Below are positions 52,535-63,449 of a DNA stretch of 64,000 bases, in pieces. Where the stretch lies: assembly GCA_963827965.1 (NCBI GenBank), contig CAWHCW010000018.1, positions 188,198 through 252,197 on the forward strand, written 5' to 3'. The stretch's first letter is position 1. Every line of letters begins with the position of its first letter. Source of the stretch: an uncultured Chloroflexia bacterium. GTDB lineage: Bacteria; Chloroflexota; Limnocylindria; Limnocylindrales; CSP1-4. The translations under genes were made by a program, and so were the position numbers. The notes under the pieces are model-generated. The model saw only the letters and a list, made by a program, of their open reading frames with translations, was not told the DNA's origin and searched no databases.

Positions 52535-55018
52535 ATGCACACCGTCGTCGACAAGGCCCAGCTCTCGCCCAACGTGACCCGCCTGGTCATCGAAGCCCCC
52601 CGGATCGCCGAGATCCGCGCAGCCGGGCCAGTTCGTCATCGTCCACCGCGGACCCGGCGCCGAGCGGATCCCGCTCACGATCGCCGACGCGGACCGGGAG
52701 CGGGGCACGATCACGCTGGTGATCCAGGCCGTCGGCAAGAGCACCGAGGACCTCGTCGCGCTCGAGGTCGGCGACGCGATCCAGGACGTCGCCGGCCCGC
52801 TGGGCCGGGCGACCGAGCTCATCGAGTCCGGGCACGCCGTCTGCGTCGGCGGCGGCGTGGGGACCGCGGTCGTCTATCCCATCGCCCTCGGCCTCGCCGA
52901 GTCCGGGGTGAAGGTGACGAGCGTCATCGGCGGCCGCTCCAGGGAGTGGGTCATCTTCGAGGACGAGCTGCGCCGGGCGGGCGAGGTGATCACCTGCACC
53001 GACGACGGCAGCTACGGGCGGCACGGCTTCGTGACCGAGGCGCTCAAGGACGTCATCGAGGCCGGCGGCGTCGACGCCGTCTACGCCGTGGGGCCGGTCC
53101 CCATGATGCGGGCCGTCGCCGAGGTGACCCGGCCCTACGGCGTGCCGACCTTCGCCTCGCTCAACGCGATCATGCTCGACGGCACCGGGATGTGCGGCGG
53201 CTGCCGCGTCCAGGTCGGCGGGAAGACCGTCTACGCCTGCGTCGACGGCCCGGAGTTCGACGCCCACGCGGTCGACTTCCGGGAGCTGGCCGACCGGCTG
53301 GGGACCTACCGCGAGTTCGAGGCGCACGCCCTGGAGGTCGCCCATCGCCTGGCGGCCGAGAAGGAGGAGGCGCCGATCCATGCGCCGGACGGGAGCTGCC
53401 TGATCCCGGCGCTCGCGACGGCGGCCGAGCAGCAGGAGGCGGCCTCGGCCGCAGGGGAGTCCAAGCGCGTGACCGACAAGCCGAACCCCGCCCCCGACAC
53501 GGGGGCCCCGGGCGCGTCCCACGGCGACTCGGAGTTCGAGCCCGCCTTCGACCATCCGCTCACCCCGCGGGAGCGGATGACGATCGAGCGGACCCACATG
53601 CCGGAGCAGGACGCCCTCGCGCGCTCGGCGAACTTCCACGAGGTCAACCTCGGGTACTCCGTGCCGCTGGCGGTCCTGGAGGCGGAGCGCTGCCTGCAGT
53701 GCAAGAACCCCGTCTGCATCGCCGGCTGCCCGGTCCGGGTGAACATCCCCCGCTTCATCGATCTCCTCCGGATCGGCGACATGGCCGGGGCCGCGGCGTC
53801 GCTCCTCGGCGACAACGCCCTTCCCTGCGTCACCGGGCGCGTCTGCCCCCAGGAGATCCAGTGCGAGGGCGTCTGCGTCCGGGCGAAGAAGGGGTCGCCG
53901 GTCGCGATCGGCGCCCTGGAGCGCTTCGTCGCCGACTGGGCGATGGAGCACCCGGAGGCGATCCCGGCCGCCTCCCCGCGGGCGACCGGCAAGTCGGTCG
54001 CGGTCGTCGGCTCCGGGCCGTCGGGCCTGACGGCCGCCGGCGAGCTGGTGAAGCTCGGCCACGACGTCACCATCTTCGAGGCCTTCCACGCCGCGGGCGG
54101 CGTGCTCATCTACGGGATCCCCGAGTTCCGGCTTCCCAAGGACATCGTCCAGGGCGAGGTCGACCGCCTGGTGGCGTCGGGCGTGAAGATCGAGGCCAAC
54201 GCCATCATCGGGCGGACCTACACCCTCCGCGAGCTGCGCGAGCAGTTCGACGCCGTCTTCATCGCGGTCGGCGCCGGCCTCCCGGTCTTCATGAACGTCC
54301 CCGGCGAGAACCTCAAGGGCGTCTACTCGGCGAACGAGTACCTGACCCGGGTCAACCTGATGGGGGCCTGGAACCCCGAGTCCGACACCCCGATCCTGCA
54401 GGGCCACCGGGTGGTCGTCGTCGGCGGCGGGAACGTGGCCATGGACGCCGTCCGCACCGCCAAGCGCCTCGGCGCCGACGAGGCGACGATCGTCTACCGC
54501 CGCGGCAAGGAGGAGCTCCCCGCCCGCGCGGAGGAGGTCCACCACGCCGAGCAGGAGGGGATCCGCTTCGACCTCCAGGTCGCGCCCGTCGAGGTCCTCG
54601 GCGACGAGAACCGCTGGGTGAGCGGCATCCGCTGCATCCGGATGGAACTGGCGAGCCCGACGCGTCCGGGCGGCGCCGGCCGGTACCGATCGAGGGCTCC
54701 GAGTTCGTCATCGGGTGCGACATGGTCGTCGTCGCCATCGGGACGCGGTCGAACCCGCTCCTCACCGCCTCGGAGCCGGATCTCGAGCTCAACCCGCGGG
54801 GCTACATCGTCACCGACGAGCACGGCATGACGTCCATCCCCGGCGTCTTCGCCGGCGGCGACATCGTCCGCGGCGCGGCGACCGTGATCCTGGCCATGGG
54901 CGACGGCAAGCGGGCCGCCCACGCGATCGACGCCTGCCTGCGCGGCGAGTACCCGCCGACGGACGAGGCGGATTTCGGGCGAGCCGGTCGGGGCCGTCGC
55001 GGTGGAGTAGCGGCATGA
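52535..55018 (+). CDS. fused NfnA/SudB-like (FAD/NAD, 2Fe-2S) and NfnB/GltD-like (glutamate synthase small chain-type) oxidoreductase; frame breaks near 52625 and 54660
   Basis: N-terminal part: [28 protein letters not shown]. After a ~60-aa linker with no stop or Met: [51 protein letters not shown]. Confidence 0.7.
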   Translation: MHTVVDKAQLSPNVTRLVIEAPRIAEIRAAGPVRHRPPRTRRRADPAHDRRRGPGAGHDHAGDPGRRQEHRGPRRARGRRRDPGRRRPAGPGDRAHRVRARRLRRRRRGDRGRLSHRPRPRRVRGEGDERHRRPLQGVGHLRGRAAPGGRGDHLHRRRQLRAARLRDRGAQGRHRGRRRRRRLRRGAGPHDAGRRRGDPALRRADLRLAQRDHARRHRDVRRLPRPGRREDRLRLRRRPGVRRPRGRLPGAGRPAGDLPRVRGARPGGRPSPGGREGGGADPCAGRELPDPGARDGGRAAGGGLGRRGVQARDRQAEPRPRHGGPGRVPRRLGVRARLRPSAHPAGADDDRADPHAGAGRPRALGELPRGQPRVLRAAGGPGGGALPAVQEPRLHRRLPGPGEHPPLHRSPPDRRHGRGRGVAPRRQRPSLRHRARLPPGDPVRGRLRPGEEGVAGRDRRPGALRRRLGDGAPGGDPGRLPAGDRQVGRGRRLRAVGPDGRRRAGEARPRRHHLRGLPRRGRRAHLRDPRVPASQGHRPGRGRPPGGVGREDRGQRHHRADLHPPRAARAVRRRLHRGRRRPPGLHERPRREPQGRLLGERVPDPGQPDGGLEPRVRHPDPAGPPGGRRRRRERGHGRRPHRQAPRRRRGDDRLPPRQGGAPRPRGGGPPRRAGGDPLRPPGRARRGPRRREPLGERHPLHPDGTGEPDASGRRRPVPIEGSEFVIGCDMVVVAIGTRSNPLLTASEPDLELNPRGYIVTDEHGMTSIPGVFAGGDIVRGAATVILAMGDGKRAAHAIDACLRGEYPPTDEADFGRAGRGRRGGVAA

Positions 55019-55166
55019 CGGTCTGACCGGTCAGCCGAGGCCGAGGATGCGAAGCGCCTCGCCGAACTCGGCCGGGCTGATCTCGCCGTTGGCCAGCCGC
55101 CGTTCGAGCCGCACCTGGCTGACCACGTCCCCGGGCTGGCTGGACCTGCCGGCTGCGTAACGGCGC

Positions 55167-56548
55167 CTACGCCCCGTACGGTCGCGCCGCGTCCAGCTTG
55201 TCGAGGATGTAGCGCGTCACCTGGTCGGCGCTGATCCGCTCCTGGGTCATCGCGTCGCGGTCGCGGACCGTGACCTTGCCGTCCTCGAGCGAGTCGACGT
55301 CGACGGTGACGCACCACGGCGTGCCGATCTCGTCCTGGCGCCGGTAGAGCTTGCCGATCGCGGCCGTGTCGTCGTAGACGGCCATCGTGTGGCGCTTGAG
55401 GTCGTCCTTGATCCGGTGGCACATCTCGACGATCTCGGGGCGCTTCTTGAGGAGCGGCAGGACGGCGACCTTGTACGGGGCGAGGTCGGGGTGGAGCCCC
55501 AGGACGACCCGCTTCTCGCCGCGGACCTCCTCCTCGCGGTAGGCGTCGATGAGGAAGGTGAACGCGGCGCGGTCGCCGCCGGCCGACGTCTCGACGATCC
55601 AGGGGATGAAGTGCTCGTCGGTCGCCTGGTCGAAGTACTCGAGGTTCTCGCCCGACTCCTTCGGCGTGGCGGCCGAGGTCCCAGTCGCCCCGGTTGTGGA
55701 TCCCCTCGAGCTCCTTCCAGCCGAACGGGAAGCGGTACTCGACGTCGACGGCCTTCTTGGCGTAGTGGGCGAGCTCGTCGGGCCGGTGCTCGCGGAAGCG
55801 GAGGCGCTCGGGCGTCGACGCCGTAGCGCCTCGTACCAGGCCTTGCGGCGCGGCAGCCAGTCCTCGAAGTGCTGCGGCGGCCGTCTCGGGGCGGACGAAG
55901 TACTGCATCTCCATCTGCTCGAACTCGCGCATCCGGAAGACGAAGTTGCCGGGGCTGATCTCGTTGCGGAACGCCTTGCCGATCTGGGCGATCCCGAAGG
56001 GGATCTTCTTGCGCGCCGTGTCGCGGACGTTCCGGAAGTTGACGTAGATGCCCTGGGCCGTCTCCGGGCGCAGGTAGACGACGGCGGCCTCGTCCTCGAC
56101 CGGGCCCAGGAAGGTCTTGAGCATCAGGTTGAAGCGGCGCGGCGCGCCGAGCGGCCCGCCGTCGTTCGGGCAGACGAGGCCCGAGGCGCTCGACGATCCC
56201 CGGGTCGAGCGAGCTCCGTCGGGCCGAGGTCCTCGGCGCCCGGGAACTCGTCGACCCGGTAGCGGCGCTTGCAGGTGCGCGCACTCGACCATCGGGTCGT
56301 TGAACTCGGCCGACGTGGCCCGACGTCACCCAGATCTGGGGGTGCATCAGGATCCCGGAGTCGAGCCCCACGATGTCGTCGCGGGCCTGGACCATCGCCC
56401 GCCACCAGGCGCGCTTGACGTTGTTCTTGAGCTCGACGCCGAGCGGCCCGTAGTCCCAGACGGCGTTGATGCCGCCGTAGATCTCGGACGAGGGGAAGAC
56501 GAAGCCGCGGCGCTTGCTGAGGCTGACGATCGTCTCGAGGTCGCGCAC
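55167..56548 (-). CDS. glyQS: glycine--tRNA ligase (dimeric GlyQS type); at least 7 frame breaks
   Basis: [82 protein letters not shown] and GTPWCVTVD are spread over three frames. Breaks near 56313, 56283, about 56205, 55877, 55825, 55811 and 55685. GTG 56548 is the preferred start (alternative 56589). Confidence 0.85.
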
Positions 56549-56687
56549 GACGGCGCGACGTCGCTCGGGTCGGGGGCGGGCTCGGTCACGGGGTCGACTC
56601 CACGGTTGGCCCGAGCGTGGCATGCCCGGGCGGGAGGGGGTTCGCGGCGGATCGTAGCAGGCCGGGGCGAAGGTCCGGCGGGGCCCG

Positions 56688-57108
56688 CTACCAGGCGCGG
56701 ATGCGGGTGGGCCGGACGCGGATCTCGACCGGGATAGTCGACGAGCATGCTCTCCATCGTCCAGCCGTGGGCCGCCAGCTTCGCCGCGTACTTCTCGACG
56801 TAGGCGGGCGGGACATCGGCCAGCGCCGCCCGCTCGTGCATCACGCGGGCCTCGCCCTCGATCGAGACGACGTCGCCGCCGTCGCCGTCGCCGTCGAGGT
56901 TGGCCGCGACCCGCGGGTTGGCCCGGACGTTGGCCGGGCGCGGCGTGTCGGCCCGGCTGAAGAGCAGGATCTCGCCGTCGATCCAGAGAAACCAGACGGG
57001 CGAGGTCTGGGGCTGGCCGCCGGGCGTCACGGTGGTCAGCCAGAGGATGAGCTCGTGCTCGAGGCGCTCGGCGGCGCGCGCGCCGGCCTTCGTGGCGGGG
57101 TCGATCAT
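56688..57108 (-). CDS. pyridoxamine 5'-phosphate oxidase family (F420-binding type) protein; frame break near 56725
   Basis: [21 protein letters not shown] and [21 protein letters not shown]. The expected C-terminus [13 protein letters not shown] plus stop is in the adjacent frame. Confidence 0.65.
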
Positions 57109-57950
57109 CGGGATCCTCCAGCGGGCCCTGCCGACGGTGGGCCGGTCCGGGACTCGGCGGTCGGCGGCGGCTCTCGCTGGCCGCCGTCGTAGCCCGCCTT
57201 GACCTCCTCGAGGAAGCGCCGCGAGCGGGTGTCGCGCTCCATCACGTGGCGGACGAACTCGCCCAGCACCCGCTCCACCTCCGCCTCCACGCCCCCCGGG
57301 AGCCGCAGCCCGGCCAGCGCCTCCACGTCCATCCGCTGGTACGCCTTCAGCACCTTCAGCGCCTCCGTCGAGAGCCCGGCTCCCGCCATCGACGGCCCGC
57401 CATGGCGGCCGCACAGGACGCCGCCCAGGCGCGGGATCCAGCGGACCTCGTCGCCCGCCTCGAGCAGCCGGTCGCACTCGACGCAGCGATCGACCTCGGG
57501 TCGGACGCCCATCTCGTCGCAGAGGCGCATCTCGAACCAGCGGGCGACGCGGCCCGGGGCCATCTCGGCGTCGAGCAGCTCGTATGCCCGGCGCAGGAGC
57601 AGGTAGAGCGGCTCGGCGGCGTGGCGCTCCTCCAGGGAGCGCTCCAGCAGCTCCCCGCAGTACCAGGCGGTGGCGGTCACCTCCAGGCGGTCGTGGAGGC
57701 CCAGCCATGCGTGCAGCATGGTGACCTGGGTGACGACGTCGAAGGTGCGCCCCTTCGCCAGCTGGAGGCGCAGCTCGGCGAGGGGCTCGAGCGATCCCCC
57801 GATCCGGCTCGTTGGCCGGCGGATCCCCTTCGCGATCGCCTTGATCTTGCCCAGCCCCGGCGTCAGGAGCGTGAGGATCCGGTCCGCCTCGCCGTAGTCG
57901 AAGCGGGAGAGGACGATGGCGTCCGTCACGTAGAGGCGTCGATCGGGCAC
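57105..57950 (-). CDS. recO: DNA repair protein RecO
   Basis: [20 protein letters not shown] and the zinc motif CVECD...CGRH. Intact. ATGA overlap with the downstream gene. Confidence 0.85.
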   Translation of the reverse strand: MPDRRLYVTDAIVLSRFDYGEADRILTLLTPGLGKIKAIAKGIRRPTSRIGGSLEPLAELRLQLAKGRTFDVVTQVTMLHAWLGLHDRLEVTATAWYCGELLERSLEERHAAEPLYLLLRRAYELLDAEMAPGRVARWFEMRLCDEMGVRPEVDRCVECDRLLEAGDEVRWIPRLGGVLCGRHGGPSMAGAGLSTEALKVLKAYQRMDVEALAGLRLPGGVEAEVERVLGEFVRHVMERDTRSRRFLEEVKAGYDGGQREPPPTAESRTGPPSAGPAGGSR

Positions 57951-58011
57951 ACCCGCACCGTATCACCCGGGCCCCGGCCCGGCAGACATCCGCCGCGACG
58001 CCCGGGCGGGC

Positions 58012-58017
58012 TATCAT
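58012..58017 (+). promoter_or_regulatory. -10-like hexamer TATCAT 7 nt upstream of GTG 58025 (leaderless candidate)
   Basis: TANNNT hexamer. The ORF-track start GTG 58019 would lie only 1 nt after it, so 58025 is the more plausible start. Confidence 0.25.
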
Positions 58018-58024
58018 CGTGCCC

Positions 58025-59044
58025 GTGCCCGCCCCCCTCGACCTTGACCTTCCCACCCTGATCGCCGACGTCGAGGCGGAGATCCTCCGCCTCGCGGTCG
58101 ACCGCGACCCGACGACCCACGGGATGTACGACATGGTCCGCTACCACCTGGGCCTCGACGGCTCCGGCTCGTCGGGCAAGCGGATGCGGCCGCTCCTCGG
58201 CCTCCTCGCCTACGCCTCGATCACGGGGGAGTACGCCCCGGCCCTGCCGGGCGCCGCCGCCGTGGAGCTGGGGCACAACTTCAGCCTCATCCACGACGAC
58301 ATCGAGGACGGCGACCGCGAGCGGCGCCACCGGCCGACGCTCTGGACGCTCCACGGCATCCCCCAGGCGATCAACACCGGCGACGCCGTCTTCGTCCTCT
58401 CGCGCGTGGCGCTCCACCGGCTCACCGAGCTCGGCTTCAGCGACGCGAAGGTCCTCCGCCTGATGCGCCTCTACGACGAGACCTGCCTGGCCCTCTGCGA
58501 GGGCCAGTACATCGACATCTGGACCGGCGAGCACGACATCACGATGACCGTGGACCTCTACTTCGACATGATCGGGCGCAAGACCGCCGCCCTGATCTCG
58601 GCGAGCATCGAGGCCGGCGCGCTCCTCGCCACCGACGACGAGGAGGTCATCACCAGCTACCGGAAGTTCGGCTGGGCCCTGGGCCTTGCCTTCCAGCTCA
58701 ACGACGACGTGCTGGGCATCTGGGGCCGGGAGCAGGCGACCGGCAAGGAGCCCACGGACCTCGCCAAGCACAAGAAGACGCTCCCCGTCATCTACGCCCT
58801 GGAGCAGGCGGCACCGGCCGACCGGGCGCGCCTCGAGGCCGTCTACGCCCACCCGGAGCCGGGCGCCGCCGAGATCGCCGAGGCGATGGCGATCCTCGAG
58901 CGGACCGGCGCCCAGGACTACACCCGGGCGGAGGCCCGGCGCTGGCGGGACGAGGCGATCGCCCAGCTCGACGCCGCCGGCGTCGTCCAGCCCGAGGCGC
59001 GGGCGAAGCTCGAGCAGATCATGCGGAGCGTCATCTCCGCCTAG
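58025..59044 (+). CDS. polyprenyl diphosphate synthase (GGPP/long-chain type)
   Basis: First DDxxD (IHDDIEDGD) and second aspartate-rich motif (FQLNDDVLG). Intact. Confidence 0.85.
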   Translation: MPAPLDLDLPTLIADVEAEILRLAVDRDPTTHGMYDMVRYHLGLDGSGSSGKRMRPLLGLLAYASITGEYAPALPGAAAVELGHNFSLIHDDIEDGDRERRHRPTLWTLHGIPQAINTGDAVFVLSRVALHRLTELGFSDAKVLRLMRLYDETCLALCEGQYIDIWTGEHDITMTVDLYFDMIGRKTAALISASIEAGALLATDDEEVITSYRKFGWALGLAFQLNDDVLGIWGREQATGKEPTDLAKHKKTLPVIYALEQAAPADRARLEAVYAHPEPGAAEIAEAMAILERTGAQDYTRAEARRWRDEAIAQLDAAGVVQPEARAKLEQIMRSVISA

Positions 59045-59101
59045 CGCTGCGGGCTGGAGCGGGGGCAGCGGGCCGGAGAGTGTCAGCGGTCCGGAGCGGG
59101 G

Positions 59102-60441
59102 TCAGCGGTCGGCGTCGTCGCCCTCGTCGCCGGCGGCGCGGTCTCGGGTCGCCAGGACCTTGGCCACCCGGCGCCCGTCGGTCGACTCGACCGTGATCGT
59201 GACGCCCTTGAGCTCCACGACGTCGCCCGGCCGCGGCACGCCGCCGATCCGGTGGAAGACGAGACCGCCGATCGTGTCGTACTCGTCGCGGTCCTCCAGG
59301 AGCTCCGCGAGGTCGAGCTCCTCCCAGGCGTCCCCGATCTCGTCGACCGAGGCCCGCCCGTCGAAGCGGATCCGGTCGTCGTCGAGGCGGACGACCATCT
59401 CCTCCTCCTCGTCGTACTCGTCCTGGATCTCGCCGACGATCTCCTCGAGGAGATCCTCGATCGTGACCAGGCCGGCCGTGCCGCCGTACTCGTCGAGGAC
59501 GATCGCGAGGTGGACCTTCCGGCGCTGGAACTCGTGGAGGAGGTCGTCGATCGACATCGACTCGGGCACGAAGACCGGCGGCCGCAGGAGCGCCCGGACC
59601 GAGGGACGCTCGCCCGAGGCCGCCTTGAGGAAGGGCAGGAGATCCTTGGCGTAGAGGATGCCGAGGACGTGGTCGACCGAGCCCTCCCAGACCGGGAGAC
59701 GGCTGTGGCCCCCCTCGATGATCCGGTCGACCGCGGACTCGAGGTCGTCGTCGGCATCGAGGCCGACGATGTCGATGCGGGGGACCATCACCTCGTGGAC
59801 GCGGCGGTCGCCGAGCTCGATGACCGCGTGGATCATCTGCTCCTCCTCGGCCTCGAGGATCCCCTCCTCGCCGCCGCGCTCGACGATGAGCTTCAGCTCC
59901 TCGGCCGTGATCTGGGCCTCCTTCGTCACGTCGGCGCCGAAGGGCCGCACGATCAGCCGGGTCAGCCAGGTCAGGACGGCGACCACGGGGGCCAGGATGC
60001 GGCCGAGCAGGTCGACCGGCCCGGCCAGCAGGAGCGCAGTCCGGTCCGGGAAGGCGAGCGCGAGCGCCTTGGGGACGAGCTCGCCGACGACGATCGAGAA
60101 GAGCGAGACGAGGACGGTCACGATCACCAGCGCGATCGCCTCGGCGCTGCCCTTCAGCGGCGCGATGCTGCCGAGGAAGTCGGCCAGCCCTTCGTCAGGG
60201 TGACCGCGGCGACGGCCGACGACAGGAAGCCGATGAACGTGATCGCGATCTGGATGACCGCCAGGAATCGCGCCGGGTCGTCGATCAGGCGGCGGACGCG
60301 GGCCGCGCCCCGGCGGTTCTCGTCGACGAGCTGGTCGACGCGGCTGCGGCGCAGCGAGACGAGGGCGATCTCGGCGGCCACGAAGATGCCCGCCAGCATC
60401 GTCAGCCCGATGACGATCAGGACCTCGGTGAGGGAGCCCAT
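59102..60441 (-). CDS. CNNM/HlyC-CorC family membrane protein (DUF21 + CBS pair + CorC_HlyC); frame break near 60195
   Basis: N-terminal AEIALVSLRRSRV, CBS region RVHEVMVPRIDIV and LAIVLDEYGGTAGLVTIEDLLEEIVGEI, and a C-terminal CorC domain. Confidence 0.8.
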
Positions 60442-61881
60442 CAGGAGGCTCCCTCGCGAGCGAGGTGACGGATCGGCGGCCGGCTCGGCGGCAGCGGCGT
60501 CGTCCGGGGCCGGAGGCGTCGGCGGTGCCGCCGGCCGCGGGTCGCGCAGGCGGGCGGGAACGCCGACCGCCAGCTTGCCGGGCGGGACGTCCCGGGTGAC
60601 CACGGCGCCGGCGCCGGTCTTCGAGCCGTCGCCGAGCGTGATCGGGGCGCGGAGCATCGTGTCGACGCCCAGGAAGACGCCCTTTCCGATCTCGGTGTGG
60701 TGCTTGTGGACGCCGTCGTAGTTGGCGGTGATCGTGCCCGCCCCGACGTTCGTCCCCTCGCCGACGTGCGCGTCGCCGAGGTAGCTCACGTGGTGCTGCT
60801 TCACCCCGGCCTCGAGGCGGCTGTTCTTCACCTCGGCGAAGTTGCCGAGCTCGACGCCGGGCCCGATGGAGCTGCCCGGCCGAAGGTGGCTGAAGGGGCC
60901 GATCGTGGTCCCCTCCTCCACCTCGGCGCGCTCGAGGACGCTGGCCCAGACCCGGCAGCGCGGGCCCACGGTCGAGTCGAGGAGCTGGCTCCCGGCGCCG
61001 ATGCGGGTCCCCTCCCCGACCCGGGTCCGCCCGCGCAGGATCACGTTCGGCTCCAGGGTGACGTCGGGGGCCAGCTCCACCTCGGCGTCGACGTAGGCGG
61101 TGGCCGGGTCGAGCATCGTGACCCCGGCCCGCATCCAGGCGACGTTGATCCGCTCGCGCAGCATCGCCGTGGCCTCGGCCAGCTGGACGCGGTCGTTGAT
61201 CCCGTCGAGCGTCCCGTCGTCGGCCGCCTCGAAGGCGACGACAGCGCGGCCGTCCGCGTTGGCCAGGTCGACGAGCTGGGTCAGGTAGAGCTCGCCGGTC
61301 GCGGGCGAGGGCGTGAGGCGGGCGATCGCGCCGCGCAGCCATGCCGCGTCGAAGGCGTAGAGCCCGGCGTTGACCTCGCTGACGCTGAGCTCGTCGGACG
61401 TCGCGTCCTTCGCCTCGACGACGCGCGTCACCTGCTCGCCGTCGGCGGCCCGCACGACCCGCCCCAGGCGGCCCGGCTCCCAGGCATCGAAGGAGACGAG
61501 GGCGAGGGCCGCGCCGGCCCGCCGTCGCGCCTCCCGGACGCCGATCACGACCTCCGCCTCGATGAGCGGAACGTCGCCGTTGAGGACGACGACCTCGTCG
61601 GCCGCGGCCGGGACGGCGGCCAGGCCGCCCGCAGGGCGTCGCCGGTGCCGTCGGGGCGTTCCTGCAGGGCGAAGGCGACGCCCTCCGGGAACGCCTCCCG
61701 CACCGCGGCGGTGGCCGGCGAGACCACGACGACCGGGTCCGCGCCGGTCGCCGCGCGCGCGGCGTCGAGGACGTAGGCGAGCATCGGGCGCCCGCACAGG
61801 GGATGGAGGAGCTTGGGCGACGCCCGACTTCATGCGGGTGCCGAGCCCGCCGGCGAGCACGACGGCGACAGGATGGGTCAT
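60441..61881 (-). CDS. glmU: bifunctional UDP-N-acetylglucosamine pyrophosphorylase / glucosamine-1-phosphate N-acetyltransferase; frame breaks near 61810 and 61625; 3' end uncertain
   Basis: VVLAGGLGTRMKS, LNGDVPL, NAGLYAF, and left-handed beta-helix hexapeptide repeats (GVELGNFAEVKNS..., NVGAGTITANYDG). As assembled the ORF runs on into the CNNM gene. A TGA overlapping its ATG (TGATG) exists in another frame. Confidence 0.85.
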
Positions 61882-61981
61882 CGTGAAGCGGGGCGGGCGG
61901 CGCGACCCGGGAGCGCGGCGGTATCCGGGTCCGGACAACTTCCGGCCGGCGTGGCTGGATCGGGTGTCATGTGGTCCCGGG

Positions 61982-62011
61982 ATCGTAGGGGTGCGCCCGC
62001 CGGTTCGTCAA
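61982..62011 (-). promoter_or_regulatory. sigma-A-like promoter upstream of glmU
   Basis: On the minus strand: TTGACG (62011-62006), 18-nt spacer, TACGAT (61987-61982), about 100 nt upstream of ATG 61881. Confidence 0.3.
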
Positions 62012-62027
62012 CCGACGAGCCCGTTCC

Positions 62028-62414
62028 CTAGGCCCGCAGGCGGGCGATCGCCTCGATCTCGACCCGGCCGCCCTTCGGGAGCGCCGCCACCTGGACCGTG
62101 GAGCGCGCCGGCGGCGGGTCGCTCACGAAGCGCCCGTAGACCGCGTTCACGGCCGCGAAGTCGGCCATCTCGGCAAGGAAGATCGTCGTCTTCACGACGT
62201 CCTCGAAGGTGCAGCCGACGGCGTCGAGGACGTTGCGCAGGTTGGTCATCGCCCGCTCCGCCTGGGCCTCGACGCCGGGGCCGGCGAAGTCGCCGCTTGC
62301 CGGGTCCAGGCCCAGCTGGCCCGAGCAGAACACGAAGCCCCCGGCGCTGATCGCCTGGCTGTAGGGGCCGATCGCGCCGGGCGCGTTGGTGGTGGCGACG
62401 GGGGTGCGGGGCAT
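62028..62414 (-). CDS. ridA: RidA/YjgF-family reactive intermediate deaminase
   Basis: APGAIGPYSQA, VFCSGQLG and PARSTVQVAALPKG. AAGGAG SD. Intact. Confidence 0.8.
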   Translation of the reverse strand: MPRTPVATTNAPGAIGPYSQAISAGGFVFCSGQLGLDPASGDFAGPGVEAQAERAMTNLRNVLDAVGCTFEDVVKTTIFLAEMADFAAVNAVYGRFVSDPPPARSTVQVAALPKGGRVEIEAIARLRA

Positions 62415-62434
62415 GGCAGTCTCCTTCGGGGCGC

Positions 62435-63449
62435 TCAGGATGGCATGGTCGCGGGCTTGCCGACGAGGGCGGCCGCAGCGACGAACGGGGACCCCTCCCC
62501 CGGCAGGGCGAGCAGCCCGTCGGCCAGCGCGGCGCGGACGATCGCGGCGTCGCCCAGCGCGTCGGCCTTCGATGGGGAGAGGGCCCACAGCGTGGGACCG
62601 GATCCCGACTGGCCCACCGGCCGCTCGAGCAGCCGGGAGAGGGCCCGGCGGGCCGCGACCAGGCCCGGGAACGAGGTCCGCGGTCGCGGTCGCCAGGTCG
62701 TTGGCGACGGCGAGGAGGCCGGCGCGCTCCAGGAGGCGGGCGGTCGAGAGCCCGGCCTGCAGCTCCCCGGCGAGATGCGTGGAGGACGCCAGCGCAGCGC
62801 CACCCGGCTGCCGGATGCCGGCGGCGTAGCGCTCGAAGACCGCCGTCGTCGGGACGGCGAGCGACGGGGTGACGAGCACGACGCCGGCGGCCTCGCCGCG
62901 CGGCGGCGGCAGCGGTCGGACCCGCTCCCCGCGCCCCTCGACCGCCGCCCAGCCGCCGGCCAGGAAGAACGGGCAGTCGGAGCCGAGCGAGCGGGCGACG
63001 GCAGCGCGCGCCTGCGGGTCGAGGAGGTCCCCGACGCCCCACGCCTCCAGCGCCCCGTCGAGGGCGGCAACCGCGTCGGACGAGCCGCCCGCCAGGCCCG
63101 CGGCCGTCGGGATCCGCTTCTCGAGGCGGACGGCCAGGGCCGGGAGGGGCCGGTCGTCGCCGGCGGCCCGGATCGCCCGGCGGGCGGCCTCGATCGCCCG
63201 CCGGACGAGGTTCTCCCGCTCCGGCCCGACATCCGGCGCGGGGCCGGCGCCGTCGCCCACCACGTGGAGGCGGTCCTCGGGACCGAAGGCCGGGCCCAGG
63301 GCGAGCCGGTCGGCCAGGTCCAGGGTGACCATCACCGAGTGGATGGCGTGGAATCCATCGGGGCGGCGACCCACCACGGCCAGCGTCAGGTTCAGCTTCG
63401 CGGGAGCGACGCGCACGACGGGCGTGACGCGCCCGAGCGGGGCGGTCAC
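62435..63449 (-). CDS. ispE: 4-diphosphocytidyl-2-C-methyl-D-erythritol kinase; frame break near 62670
   Basis: APAKLNLTLAVVGRRPDGFH, KRIPTAAGLAGGSSDA and GSGPTLWAL. The GTG overlaps the rsmA stop (GTGA). Confidence 0.85.

Noticed and set aside
55023-55034. Perfect 12-nt palindrome CTGACCGGTCAG just after the nfn-like stop as a terminator.
   Set aside because: Too short to form a stable stem-loop (no room for a loop beyond 4 nt), and no U-tract.
59084-59110. Direct repeat GTCAGCGGTC (x2, 17 nt apart) at the convergent junction of the polyprenyl synthase and CNNM genes.
   Set aside because: A single short duplication overlapping alternative stop codons. No evidence of function.
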